Source: Octopus vulgaris (taxonomy: Eukaryota). Taken from it: DNA of 64,000 nucleotides. Made by a program: the position numbers and the translations under genes. Below are positions 51,396-64,000 of the stretch, piece after piece (the first letter of the stretch is position 1; the number at the start of each line of letters is the position of its first letter). The stretch spans positions 24,180,001-24,244,000 of the forward strand of contig OX597842.1 of the NCBI GenBank assembly GCA_951406725.2. The letters are read 5' to 3'. Under the pieces are notes generated by a model that was given only the letters and a program-made list of their open reading frames with translations, searched no databases and was not told the origin of the DNA.

Positions 51396-52073
51396 CCTCC
51401 ACCTTCAGATATTATGGGAAATGTTAAACTACAAAACGGTGGACAATAATATTCTACTATCTTCAGAAACGTGGCAAGTCACTGTTGTTTAGCCCATGGT
51501 CACCCCTGACTGAGCAGACCTCTTAATGAAATTCGCTTGTGTTCCCGACTGTCCTAACTTTTAGAATACATCAAACGTAAACACAACTATAATTTAAACA
51601 CCAACCCACCACGACTTTTCCTTTTGTAACCTTATTAATAATGTAAATCTTTTAAAGAAATTCTGCATTCACATGTGTTGAAGGTCTGGATCATAAATAC
51701 GTTTGTGTATTCGTTTCTTTTCAAGTTTAAGCCATTTGCTGATTCTGTCTACGAAAAGGTGTATCTTGTTTTATCATCGCCGTACCACTGGCCTCATGTT
51801 GCAGTCAGCTATTTCTGTTTTATTAGATTGCAGATTATTCACAGGAGCAAAAATCAGACGTAATTAACGTGGATTATTTCGACAGGAACAGCAAATATAG
51901 ATGTTTAGCAAATAATACCTCTATGATAAATCAATAGACGGCTTTGAATCGACAGTCAGCAAATGGAATATCTACTGTAATAAAAAAAAAAGCTAAAAAT
52001 TTGGTGCTTTTTCATGGCCATGCCAAGTAAAATCCAAATTAATTAAAGACATTTATTGGCGAATAGAATTAAC

Positions 52074-52560
52074 GGTTAAACTAAAGCGTTACACCATTCA
52101 AAGAAACAAAAAACAACTTCCTCTGAACGAATATGATAAAAAAAAATGCGCGCACGCGAAAGGGGAGAGGCCTCGTAAAATTCACATCGGGAATTTCCGA
52201 AAGCGTCTGAGGGGCTGACCCGGGCACCAAAACAAACAAAAAAATAGTGTAATATGTGTAAAACAACTTGCTCTAAACGAATATGACAAAAAAAATGCGC
52301 ACTCGCGAAAGAGGTGTGGGGGAGAGGCCTCGGAAAATTTACATCGGGAATTTCCGAAACCGTCTGACCCGGGCACAAAAACAAAAATAGCGTAATAGGT
52401 GTAAAACAACTTGCTCTAAACGAATATGACAAAAAAAATGCGCACTCGCGAAAGGGGGGTGGGGGAGAAGCCTCGGAAAATTTACACCTTCAGTCCACGG
52501 TCTTTAAACTAAGAAAAAATAGTGTAATTGGTGTAAAACTACGTGTTCTAAACGAGTATC
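52074..52560. mobile_element. One-armed GGTTAAACTAAAG MITE with ~120-140-bp subrepeats
   Basis: Homologous to 20140-20370. Confidence 0.75.
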
Positions 52561-53745
52561 AAGAACACACACTCACACATGAATCATAAACTCCGTATTT
52601 TTGTACATATTTCGCAAAAAAAAAAAAGAAAAGAAATTCTGGAAAACTTGAAGAAATGTTGGATCTCCGCCATATGAATCAAAATACGTGTCAGAAACAT
52701 CTTGAAATACTACAGAAATTATGTTACGAAAATGATAATGTATACATACCTCTTTGAGTGGTCCATCGACAGTGATGATAAAGAAATGAGATGGGTTGGA
52801 GGAAAAAATTATCTCGGGCCAGGATAAAGACTTGCTGCTGCCAATAAGAATACGTGTATTCTCTTGGCAGCAGGTTTGATGCTTTCCATAAATAGGAACT
52901 TGGAGAGGTATTGCTTTAAGTAACAGGCACGAATGCCTGGGCGAACAACTGATCTCTTAACTGACCCCCCACAATCTCTCTATCTTCTGTATGTGCACCG
53001 ACGCATTTGTCGGATCAACAAAATTTTCACTGTGGTTGATGCCTTATAACTTAACACACTCATCGGTAAAATTTTGCAGTTATTTCTTACTTATTTCCTT
53101 TTTTCCTAAAATTTTCTTTGCGTCTTGCAACCTTTTCAATAGTTTTGACTCTGTCCGTTATTTACACTGCTTTTCCTTTTGTTTGTTTGGGTGCATTGAA
53201 ACTAAACTAGAGAAAGTATTAGATTTATGACTCAGGTCATTATAGACGAAAGTAATGTCTTGTGTCATGAGTATCATTTTAAAGTGTAATTTCTTCGGGC
53301 AACAGTTTATATCCACAGTTTATCATTATGAAAATGTAGTTATAATTTTTATTGTTAAACCTTTGCTTTTTAAAGTCTTATATCTTCTACTGTTTCTGTG
53401 TCATTTCAGATACTCGTATAAAGGAGTTTTACGTGAGATACATCATGAATATTGATCATGTTTTGAAAACGAATGTCAGCCGTTATAAATAATAGATAAT
53501 AACTCTGTTTATATAATATATCTCTGGTGAATAACGGTGAAATATTTCTTCTGAATTAATAACAACATTTGTTTTCCTCATTGCCAGGAATATTTACAAA
53601 AGTATTTCACATTCAGTTTGAATGTGAGAAAATCTGGAAAGGTGTTTGTATCATTTTCAGATATTCAAGATCAGATTTGCTGTAGAAGATATATATAAAG
53701 AAGAAGGGGAAAATATATTTTCTGTCTGTATACTACAGAACAATA

Positions 53746-55134
53746 ATGAATTGTCTGGAGATGTTAAAAGAAAGAGAAAAGTTATCAGACCAATGTGATA
53801 TCTGTAAAAAGACTTTTTCTTATAAGGGAAATCTCACTGTTCACAAATGTATTGATCCAGGTGGAAAGAAATATTACTGTGATATTTGTGGTAAATCATT
53901 CTCTCAAAAAAGTCACCTTACTCATCACAAATACACTCATACTGGAGAGAAACCACATCACTGTGATATCTGTGGTAAATCATTCTCTAAAAAATATAAC
54001 CTTACTAAACACAAATCCATTCATACAGGAGAGAAACCATATCACTGTGATATTTGCGGTAAATCATTCTGTCATGCGAGTAGCCTTGATTCTCACAAAC
54101 ACATTCATACAGGAGAGAAACCACATCAGTGTGATGTTTGTGGTAAATCATTCTCTCGAAAAAGTAGCCTTTATTCTCACAAATACATTCATACAGGTGA
54201 GAAACCATATCGGTGTGATATTTGTGGTAAATCATTCTCTCAAAGAAGTCGCCTTACTTCTCACAATTCCGTTCATACTGGAGAGAAACCATATCAGTGT
54301 GATATCTGTGGTAAATCATTTTCATCAAAAAGTCACCTTACTAGACACAAATACATTCATACAGGAGAGAAACGATATCACTGTGATATCTGTGATAAAT
54401 CTTTTTCATCAAAAAGTCATTTAACTACTCACGAACTCCCTCATGCTCATGAGAGGCCATATCCCTGTGATATTTGTGGAAAATCATTCACTCGAAGGAA
54501 CGGCCTTACTTATCACAAATACACTCATACAGGAGAGAAACCATATATATGTGATATTTGTGGTAAATCATTCTCTCAAAAAGGTCACCTTACTTATCAC
54601 AAATCAGTTCATACAGGTGAGAAACCATATCAGTGTGATATCTGTGATAAATCTTTTTCATCAAAAAGTCATTTAACTACTCACAAACTTACACATACAC
54701 GTGAGAAGCCACATCACTGCGATATTTGTGGTAAATTATTCTCTCAAAAATGTAACCTTACTACTCACAAATCAGTTCATACAGGTGAGAAACCATATCA
54801 GTGTGATATCTGTGATGAATCCTTTTCATCAAAAAGTCATTTAACTACTCACAAACTCATTCATGCTCATGAGAGGCCATATCCCTGTGATATTTGTGGT
54901 AAATCGTTCATTCGAAGGAGAGGCCTTACTTATCACAAATACACTCATACAGGAGAGAAACCATATAAATGTGATATTTGTGGAAAATCATTCTCTCAAA
55001 ATGGTCACCTTACATATCACAAATCAGTTCATACAGGTGAGAAACTATATCGGTGCTATATCTGTGGTAAAAAATTCTCTCAAAAAAGGTACTTAAATGG
55101 ACACAAATGCATTAATACAGGGGACAAACCATAG
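53746..55134 (+). CDS. C2H2 zinc-finger protein 6 (462 aa, 16 finger units)
   Basis: Intact ORF; predicted intron 51161-53409. Confidence 0.92.
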   Translation: MNCLEMLKEREKLSDQCDICKKTFSYKGNLTVHKCIDPGGKKYYCDICGKSFSQKSHLTHHKYTHTGEKPHHCDICGKSFSKKYNLTKHKSIHTGEKPYHCDICGKSFCHASSLDSHKHIHTGEKPHQCDVCGKSFSRKSSLYSHKYIHTGEKPYRCDICGKSFSQRSRLTSHNSVHTGEKPYQCDICGKSFSSKSHLTRHKYIHTGEKRYHCDICDKSFSSKSHLTTHELPHAHERPYPCDICGKSFTRRNGLTYHKYTHTGEKPYICDICGKSFSQKGHLTYHKSVHTGEKPYQCDICDKSFSSKSHLTTHKLTHTREKPHHCDICGKLFSQKCNLTTHKSVHTGEKPYQCDICDESFSSKSHLTTHKLIHAHERPYPCDICGKSFIRRRGLTYHKYTHTGEKPYKCDICGKSFSQNGHLTYHKSVHTGEKLYRCYICGKKFSQKRYLNGHKCINTGDKP

Positions 55135-56083
55135 CACTGTAGTATCTGCAGTAAATTATTCCGTTTAAGAAATTATTTAATTAATTACAAGTCTGCTCAT
55201 ACTGGAGAGAAACTATGTGACTGTGATGTCTGCAGTAAATCATTCTCTCAGGATATGCTGTATATACTTATAAACGTATTCATACAGGAGAGAAACTCGA
55301 TTGCTGTGATACCTGAGGTAAATCATTCTCTGTGGAACAATATTGAACTCATCACAAATACATTCATACAGGAGAGAAATCATATCACTGTGACATCTGT
55401 GACAAGTCATTCTTTCATAGAGAGAAATAATAAACTAAACACAAACATATTCATACAGGAGAAGATTCTTATGACTGTGTAATCTGTGCTAAATCATTCT
55501 CTCAATAATCTACCTTAACTAAACATATACTTATTCATATTGATCAATAACAATATCAATGATAAAACAGATGTCCTGCTGAATAAAATACTGCAAATGT
55601 ATTACTTTTTACAAAATAAATTCATTTTTCACATTTTCCTCATTTGCATCAACTCACTAATTACAATGTGTGTTTTTTATTCAAACAATATTGATTATAT
55701 TAATTTGCTCTGTTTTCTTGAGGATATATTATTTTGACACAAATGTATTACACTCCAGTTCCCAGCCGTGATCAGTTATCCTCTGCTGGACACACTCAGG
55801 GATCCCAGGATCTGCACCCTTTGTGCTACTGCCCACATATTCTGGCACTAGCTGGAGGCTTATTGCTGTTTGTCACAGTTTTGGGTGTCGAGTGGGAAAT
55901 ATTTTTCAAAAGCCTAATGCCCCACTCTACCTATGGTTCAAGCACATCCCCGCTCAACCCATGCAAGTGATTATCATCATACTTATTTTTTGATAAATCA
56001 TTCTGTAGAGCAGGTTTTCATGGTCTTGTTCTTACCAGACACCAAGCAGGGATTTATGATGGGCATCTGGTTAGAATGGCACC

Positions 56084-57140
56084 TGTTGTGATGAGAGTTA
56101 CCATGTCCCCTTGTGAGAGATAGACTGGTTCGAGTTAAGTATAAATAGTAACGATCTGAGTGGGTTCGCGGTTCAGAGTCAAGTGAAGTCGGAAGGTGTC
56201 GCTTGGTTTACTTCCTAAGGAATATTGAATGTTGGTTCTTAAAAGATTTGTTAGTTCATTAGATTGTTGTTACAATTTTCTGGTTATCTTATTTATTGTA
56301 CGGAACAATTATGTCACAACATCTGGCGATGAGGGTTTCGAAGCTCTTGCAGGTCAGTTAACAAATTTTTGTGATACAAAATTGTTAAATCATGGAAGAC
56401 TAATTAGCTTCTATAAAACTGTTGCAAAATCAACGACAAAGGCAACAACAACAACAATTATTGGAGCTTTATTCAAAGAAGTCCAAAAATAAGGGAAGTA
56501 CATTTTTGCCAGACGACATTTTGGACTCTATGAATTCAGTTATAACCCAGAGGACGGTATAACTGTTGCATTGTACTACAGCAGGTAATTTTTAAGGATG
56601 ATTGTAAGACATGGTCAGACACAGAAAAAGTAAGGTTATTATGACATAAATGAGCCCCATCTGAGTATGAACATTACTTTAATTTCATATTACCCAAAAA
56701 AACTCAATGAAATTTGTTTTAAAGAAACAATAGAATTACTGTCTAACATATTCGGTGATAAAACTTCTCTAACACTTGGATGGTGTTTTGGAATATAATG
56801 AAAAAAGAGGATGGTGATTTTATCACAAACACAGGAACAATTAACAGAATGTGTGAATATTTTTAAACTCAAGAAGTTACACCTGAGATGTTCAGGTGTC
56901 TTATTTTGGTAAAAGGCCTTACAACAACTGAAAATACAGAAATTCACACTGCAGAACTAAATTCTGAAGATCAACCATTAAAGATCCTAGAGGGCTCTCA
57001 AAAGAAACAAAATTCGACTCCCAAATAAGAAAATTTGTACACGTAAAAATGATTGGAATAAATATTAAACTTCAGTTCGATACTGGAAGTGATATTTCAA
57101 TAATAAATATGGATACATGGAAGAAAATAGGGGAACCTGT
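56084..57140 (+). mobile_element. Degenerate Gypsy element (LTR 56084-56321, PBS, gag/protease)
   Basis: TGTTGTGA...TCACAACA; DTGSD motif; paralog of 43681. Confidence 0.8.
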
Positions 57141-57494
57141 CTATTTTACATGTTTCAGGCATTTGACAGTGGCCATGCTGGAGCACCGCCTTTAGTTGAG
57201 CAAATAGACCCAGGACTTATTCTATTGGTCTCTTTTGTCGAACCGCTAATGACGGGGATATAAGCACCTCAGCATCGGTTGTCAAGCAATGCTAGGGGGA
57301 CAAACACAGACACACAAACATACATATATACGATGGGCTTCTTTCAGTTTCCGTCTACCAAATCCACTCACAAGGCTTTGGTCGGCCCGAGGCTATAGTA
57401 GAAGACACTTGTCCAAAGTGCTACACAGTGAGACTGAACCTGGGACCATGTGGTTGGTAAGCAAGCTACTTACCACACAGCCACTCCTACGCCT
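57140..57494 (-). mobile_element. SINE family A at a rearrangement junction
   Basis: Tail flank matches 44725, head flank matches 8660. Confidence 0.85.
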
Positions 57495-57846
57495 ATATGT
57501 ACACATTACACAAGATATTGTTTGCTTATTTCTCTGTTGTCTGTATTAAAGAAATATTTTCAAATTATTTCACTTTAATAGAATTTATTATTTCTTTAGC
57601 TTGTATTAAATAATTTTGACTTCATAACCCATTAAAATAATTGCATTATCTTTTTAACTTATCTCTCTGCTTTTATATATTATGTTGGGTGTGTAGGCAT
57701 GTATAAATATATATAGAGAGAGAGATTTTAAAAGTGTCCCGTATATATGGTTTTCTAATTTGGCAACCCTATCCAAACGTGTCCCTTATGAGCCTATACA
57801 ATTGATGATACAGCATAGAATTCACACTTGATCAATGTATGATAAA

Positions 57847-60800
57847 AGTTAGTTAGTTAGTTAGTTAGTTAGTTAATTTGGCTCAAAAGCAAATAGCAAG
57901 GCCATGTAGGGGGATATGGAGTTAAGTACAGGGTGGTGTTCATGTAAAGAGTTCAGGCCACTTGAGGTCCAGGGAGGCTTTGAACAAAGCGGTCGTCGGC
58001 ATCTTCACCATCTCGTCTGGCAGCTTGTTCCACGGATCCACAACCCGGACGGAGAAAGCTCCTCTCATTCGATTGAGATGAAATCGTCGCAGGTAGAGCT
58101 TTTCGGAATGACCCGCAGCCGACGCTCTGGAGCAGGAGTGAAGAACAGCTCTTTCGAGAGGTTACACTTCCCGCTTATGATGTTGTGGGCGAGAATGAGA
58201 TCACCACGGCGGCGGCGTTTTTCAAGAGAATAAAGGTCGAGCGTCCTCAGCCTTTCTTCGTAGGACAAATTTTTGAGACCATGAACCAGGCGGGTAGCCA
58301 GCCTCTGGACTCTTTCGAGGTGCTGTATGTCTTTGAGGAGATAAGGAGAAGAGGCTTGAATCCCATACTCCAATATGGGTCTCACCAGCGTGACATAGAG
58401 TGGCAGGAATATGGCTGCTGTGAGCATTCCGAATGACCGTCGAATCAAAAACAGAATTCTGCACGCTTTGTTGGCAGCATGGACGCACTGGGCCGAAGGC
58501 GAAAAGGACGAATCCAACAAGATACCCAGGTCCTTTACCTGATCGGTCCTCTCCAGCAGCAGACGACCCGGCTCGAAATCAAGTTGAGTTGCAGATGACA
58601 GCACTTTGACACGTTCAGACACAGGTCCCAATCGTTAGACCACTTCCAAATTTGGTGGAGGCATCGACGAAGATCCTCTATACTACCGCGAGGAGCGACC
58701 AGTTTGATATCGTCGGCAAATAGAAGGGTGTGTTGCGTGAGGTCGTCGGGCAAGTCATTTATGAAGACTAAGAACAACAAGGGCCCAAGCACTGAACCTT
58801 GAGGCACGCCACTGCTCGCACTGGAGACGTCGGACCGCGAACCATTAACTTGAACTTGGAAGGAGCGATCTGAGAGGAAGGCACCAACCCATCGTACAAT
58901 ATCCGGATGGAAACTATATGCCTGAAGCTTGACAAGTAGTAGGCGGTGGTTTACCGAGTCAAAAGCTTTGGCAAAGTCCAATAAAATGATGTCAACAGCA
59001 TCACTATCATCGAGGATGCGCGTCACCAATTCTTCCATTACTAGTAAGTTGGTCAAGCATGATCTCTTCGGCACGAAGCCGTGTTGGGAATCAGTGATCG
59101 AGGCTGTGCTTAGGAGGTGGAGCATCATACTTTTCTTAAGGATGGTTTCGAACATCTTGCTGATTATTGATGTAAGGGAAACCGATCGGTAGTTAAGCGG
59201 GTCTTCGCGGCTCCCTTTCTTGAAAATTGGGCAGATTATCGCTGTTCTCCAGTCTGCAGGTATAACACCCGTCGCCAATGACATATTGAATAGTCGTGTT
59301 AAGGGCTCGCAGATGACCGGAGCCAACGCTTTGATAACCCGTGGGTGTATGCCGTCAGGGCCGTGACCCTTGTTGACATCGAGGCCTTGAATAACACGTT
59401 TGACTTGGTCCCGCGTGATGATCAATCGAAGCATTGGAGGTACTGATCTATCAAATGGAGGGGGTTCACGACCATCATCTTGTTTGAAAATAGTTGAAAA
59501 AGCCTCGGCAAATAATTGACTCTGTTGATAAGGGTCCTCAATCGATACGCCTGTTGAGTCTACCAATGTTGCAATCTGGTTGTTCAAGCGGGAATTCCGC
59601 TGGACATGGGCAAAGAAGGTTTTTGGATTGCTACTGGCATTTGCCGCGATTTTGTATTCATAACTGAAGCGTTCTTTTTTTCAATTTTCACGGCTCGGTC
59701 TCGTTGAGTTTTGTACACCTCAAAAGCTGCAGTCGAATCCAGATTTTTGAATTCAGCCCAAGCAATATCTCTGAGTCGACGTTCTCGTTTAACCTTCTTC
59801 GTCACCCAGGGCTTGTGTTTCTTCCTCTTGGGAAGTCCAACGGGAACTGCCTGGTCAGTCAAACAGATTACATATGCTTTGAGGGATGACCATAGTTCGT
59901 CTACTGAGGACAACGTCATCAGGGAACGCCAGTCCAGAAGCGCGGAAGCCTCGGTTAGAATTTCAAGATTAATTGCAGAGAAGACTCTACGTGGCAGCGA
60001 AGTAATCGTGGGCGTGGAAAAAGTTGTGTGCATGACGAACTTCAGGACCGCATGATCACTCTTGGCAAGAGGGGCGCACACAGATACGTCTGACACTGAT
60101 CTTGGATAGCGGGAGAATACCAGATCTAGCATAGATGGCTGCTGCCCAGACCGATGCCTTGTCGGATATTCAACATGTTGCGATAGAAAACAATCTTCAG
60201 CCACGTCAAGAAGGGCCTGGCCGAACCGGGAAGATGTTGTACAAATTGATGCGGGCCAATCGATCGTGGGAGCATTGAAGTCGCCTAGTACCAAGCAGTC
60301 ATGCGAAGCTGAAACGAATCTTATCGCCTCGAGTAGATGAGCATCGTCCTGGGGGTCGGCTAGAGGCGGCCTGTAGACAGCCAACACGGGCAGGCAAAAC
60401 TCAGATAGGCTCAGCTTGCAATAGACGGCATCGAATTTGGTTGTAGGTTGAGCATTTGTGGGTAGAATACCGCAGGACGGTTTGTGCTCAGTCTTAACAT
60501 ACACAGCAACACCTCCACCTCGCCTTTTTCCTCTGTCACATCTGAAAAGGACGTAGCCCTGCAGGTGGATCTCTTGAGTCCTTTACTGCTGGAGTCAGCC
60601 AAGTCTCGGTGATAGCTATCACATCAGGGGAGTCGCGTAGGGCCAGTGTAAATAGTTCACTGAACTTTGGGAATAAGGAGCACGAGTTGGTGTAGACGAT
60701 GCTGAGCTGTGAAGTCTGAGGGGCGGGAGTTGGGGAACAAGCAGAATAAAGGGCATCAGAGATAGCATCGTTGACGGGGGTATCAACTTCACTTCGATTT

Positions 60801-62460
60801 GCCCTCACATCACTTTCCCTGTCAGCACTACAGCATGGGACCAGAGGTAGGACTTGATTATCTGTCCATCTTGGATTCGTAAACCCTTCTCTCCCATTTG
60901 TTTCCTCATCTTTAGCTCGGATATCAGGTTCCTCCGGCGAATTCTCTCTCTTAGTGAGTATTCCTCGCGAAAACCCATATTGGGGTCCTCCCAGGCATGC
61001 GTCTGAGCTCTGTTCAGAAAGACTGAAGCCTCCCGATCACAAGAAAAGATTACCCTTATTGGGCGTGGTCTAGTATCTGCGGTTGGGTTCGCTTGGAATC
61101 TTCCTAGCCGAGCGACCTTAAATACACTGACATTTTCGTTCACAGAGAACAATTTTCCAACCAAAATAGAAACAAAATTAATGTCATCTTTTAGGCGGTT
61201 TATGCCTGTATCACAGGTGGATTCAGCTTTGCCATATATTATTGCCGATCTTGAGTGGGCAAAAAGTTCTCTACTATGAGCCGCGGTATTCGATTCTTCA
61301 TTGGAGGATTTCGAAAGGGTGGTTTCATAGCCATCGGACTTATGTCGGCTTGTGGGGTCGATCGGAATGGATTTAGTGGTCATAATTTTCCCGCCTGGTT
61401 TGGAACTGCACTGCCTCTTCTTCGGTTTGGGGGAGCACCACTCCCCAGATGAACCCACATCGAGATCGTTCAGAATTGGTTGAGCAATGGCATTAATGGG
61501 AAGGACAAGTGAAGGAGAATCCAAACAGATTTTATCGTGATCAGGTTTCATAGCCAAATCTGCCCCTCTGGAGTTTTGACTACGTTTCTTCTTTTGGGGA
61601 GAACAACGGTCTTCAGGTGGGTTTGGGTCTACGCTCCTCGAACTAGGTTGGGGAACCTCCGGGACCGAAAAGGCAGATGAGGAAGAATCCGCACAGGAAC
61701 GATCATGTGCAGGAACGACCGCCGGTTCCTTCGCCTTCTTTGGCCGCTTCGATTTTGTTCCCTTCGGTTTGGACGTCTCCAGGGAAGAAATCAAGGGTGA
61801 CTCTGCGTCAACAGGAGACCGTTTATCGTGGTCAGGTTTCATAGCTAAATCCGCCCCACTGGAGTTTTGACGACGTTTCTTCTTTTGGGGAGAACAACAG
61901 TCTTCAGGTGGGTTTGAGTCTACGCTCCTCAAATTAGGTTGGGGAACCTCCGGGACCGAAAAGGCAGATGAGGAAGAATCCGCACGGGAACGATCATGTG
62001 CAGAAACGACCGCCGGTTCCTTCGCCTTCTTTGGCCGCCTCGATTTTGTTCCCTTCGGTTTGGACGTCTCCAGGGAAGAGATCAAGGGTGACTCTGCGTC
62101 AACAGGAGACTGTTTATTCAGTAAGAGAGCAACAACAGACTTTAGGTGCTCAACCTCTTGTTTGAGCAACTGTTCGTTGAGCTGACTATTGGTAGGACCA
62201 TCATCTTGATGAGAAGCCCTACTTGCAGATCTGTTTCGATGCGTAGGTAGCTGAAATGATGGATGGTTGACTAAAAACAATCTTCTATGGGCTCTAGGAC
62301 AAATCGGGGTTAAATCAGGAACAAAAAACAGGTGCAATCCTTGTAGGAGTAGGCAACAGCAGACAAAAACTGAGAGAGTTTGGGCTGAGCCGAATCACAA
62401 TCCAAGATTGAAAGCAGACGGTGCAACGAGTCGGGAACCCTTCCTAATTGTCTGAAGCAG
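57847..62460 (-). mobile_element. Near full-length CR1-group LINE (ORF1 + frameshifted EN-RT ORF2), (AACT)n tail
   Basis: ITETWL, GDFNAP, SDH, LDFAKAFDSV, GVPQGSVLGP, FADD in four frames; 5' boundary approximate. Confidence 0.93.
60805..62337 (-). CDS. LINE ORF1 (open 510 codons, no ATG at the ORF start) with 97-aa tandem duplication
   Basis: Coiled-coil N-terminus; RLGR...RPRPIRVIF...ERIRRR C-terminal domain typical of CR1/L2 ORF1. Confidence 0.7.
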   Translation of the reverse strand: MHLFFVPDLTPICPRAHRRLFLVNHPSFQLPTHRNRSASRASHQDDGPTNSQLNEQLLKQEVEHLKSVVALLLNKQSPVDAESPLISSLETSKPKGTKSRRPKKAKEPAVVSAHDRSRADSSSSAFSVPEVPQPNLRSVDSNPPEDCCSPQKKKRRQNSSGADLAMKPDHDKRSPVDAESPLISSLETSKPKGTKSKRPKKAKEPAVVPAHDRSCADSSSSAFSVPEVPQPSSRSVDPNPPEDRCSPQKKKRSQNSRGADLAMKPDHDKICLDSPSLVLPINAIAQPILNDLDVGSSGEWCSPKPKKRQCSSKPGGKIMTTKSIPIDPTSRHKSDGYETTLSKSSNEESNTAAHSRELFAHSRSAIIYGKAESTCDTGINRLKDDINFVSILVGKLFSVNENVSVFKVARLGRFQANPTADTRPRPIRVIFSCDREASVFLNRAQTHAWEDPNMGFREEYSLRERIRRRNLISELKMRKQMGEKGLRIQDGQIIKSYLWSHAVVLTGKVM

Positions 62461-64000
62461 CTTTAGGATAAGGGATAGTATGTCCAAACTTTAGAATATT
62501 GATATGCATGTAACATGTTCCACACGATTAAATATCATTTGACGTGCCATTTAGTACTTCAATAATTGCATCTGCGCATGTTTGTATATGTGTGAATAAT
62601 GTGTTTATGTGCGAGAAGGCACATGTTTTTGTCTATTGTTAAATTAGATTATTAATTTTTCTTTTTTTTCTCACGTTTTTCCCTTTTAAAGTATTTCTTT
62701 TTAAAGTAAATTATACGTTGGAGGGAGGGCTGGGGGTTTGTTTTTATAGTAAATTCTCTTTTCTCCCAGCACAGAGAAAGAAAGGGATTTTTCGTTGGTG
62801 CCACCGGTATAATTCAGACCCGGAGAAAGATATTTCGGTGTCATCGTCAACTTGAATGTTTCTAATTGTAACGATAGTAGTAACTGCAGTAAATTCTGAT
62901 AGCAGCAGTAGTAAATAGCTCATAAAGTGAGATGAAGAACGGTCGGTCAAATAGAGTTCAAATTGACCGCAACAGTGTTGATGGAACTTGTGAAACAGTG
63001 ACCTTGACTTTGAGAAAAATCAAAGGAGGGGCCGACTATAAGCAGTACTTGTGAATAGAGTCATGTACGAGAGCGAAACTATAAATAGTATTTTTCTTTT
63101 CTTTTTCTTTCTTCTTATTCTCCGCGTGTTTAATAATGCAATTGCAATAAAAGGTATGTCAAGAAGAAGATAAAGGTTAGCTGGTGTTTACGTCCATACT
63201 TTTAGCGTGCATTTAATTGTGGTGTTACAATAAAGGCATTTTACATAATCTGATACTCAAGGAAGAGGTGACGGCAAAATGTTCACACAAAAATGGAGAT
63301 ATTTATGATTCTAAAATTTTTGTCCCAAACTGTAGGTTTGGAATTCTTTAACTTATTTTGAGGGAAATTCAAATTACTCAAGTTGTGCAGGAAAACGATG
63401 CCAAATTATGTGACAGGGTATTTGGCCCCTCCCAATAAATATATATATATATAATCTAAAACTCTAAAATAATATACATAAAGGAAATAATATAAAAATT
63501 AGAAACGAAATAACAAAAAAATTTTTAAATAAAATATATGAATAACAAGTTAGAACCATGGGGACATTTTGTTTTCTAGACTTTTAGCTATCTTAATCCG
63601 TATGGTATAACAGCCTGGGACATGATTTACGATTCGATTTGTTTTTAATACCCGAGAAGAAAACGTAAGCAAAGTATCAATAAATAAATAAATAAATAAA
63701 AATAAAAATATTAAAATAGATAAAAATAAATATCGAATTTTTCATTTGACTAACTCTGCTTTACATTAATTTTCTTTCAGAGAGAAAGTGAATCTATCTA
63801 AATAAAAGTTTAAAAAAACCCCAAAAAAACACACATGTATATTATTAATTATCTTTTTTGTCCATGTTTGTGCTTTTGCAAAAATATATATTTATCGCTA
63901 ATACTGGGCGGTATCGCGGTATGCTGCAACTTATTTCGATTTTGAAAGTGTTGAACTATTAAGAAGCAATTTTATCCTGGTGAGGATACAAATCTAATGC

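Noticed and set aside
33312-56492. Repeated short ORFs MINNNIND..., MTQMYYTP..., MLVLKRF...
   Set aside because: Conserved only because of recent duplication; the first two have non-ATG starts and the third overlaps an LTR.
62460-64000. Terminal AT-rich region
   Set aside because: No recognisable coding, repeat or structural signal by eye.

Overview
AT-rich animal genomic DNA, most likely octopus (inferred from the SINE families, the RTE type and the dense cluster of C2H2 zinc-finger genes lacking any effector domain). It holds a tandem/inverted cluster of six paralogous C2H2-ZNF genes: five with intact ORFs, one disrupted by a nonsense codon and frameshift, plus the 3' remnant of a seventh. 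Each gene has a conserved promoter/non-coding exon 1, one intron, a 5'-UTR with a 15-codon uORF, a single coding exon and a degenerate finger tail. Between the genes lie four SINE families, two CR1-group LINEs, RTE, Penelope and RLE-LINE fragments, a co-duplicated Gypsy relic, a Helitron, piggyBac-like MITEs, and a set of GG-terminated foldback MITEs with 8-9 bp TSDs plus a Merlin/IS1595 transposase fragment. Highlights: a minimal hammerhead ribozyme with a compensatory U3:A8 core, an ORF1-only retroelement sharing its 3' tail with a SINE, the conserved uORF with a possible bypass acceptor, a shared UAG at a finger Tyr codon that could be recoded by ADAR, and visible MITE- and SINE-mediated rearrangements. 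All calls are by eye; no database searches were run.
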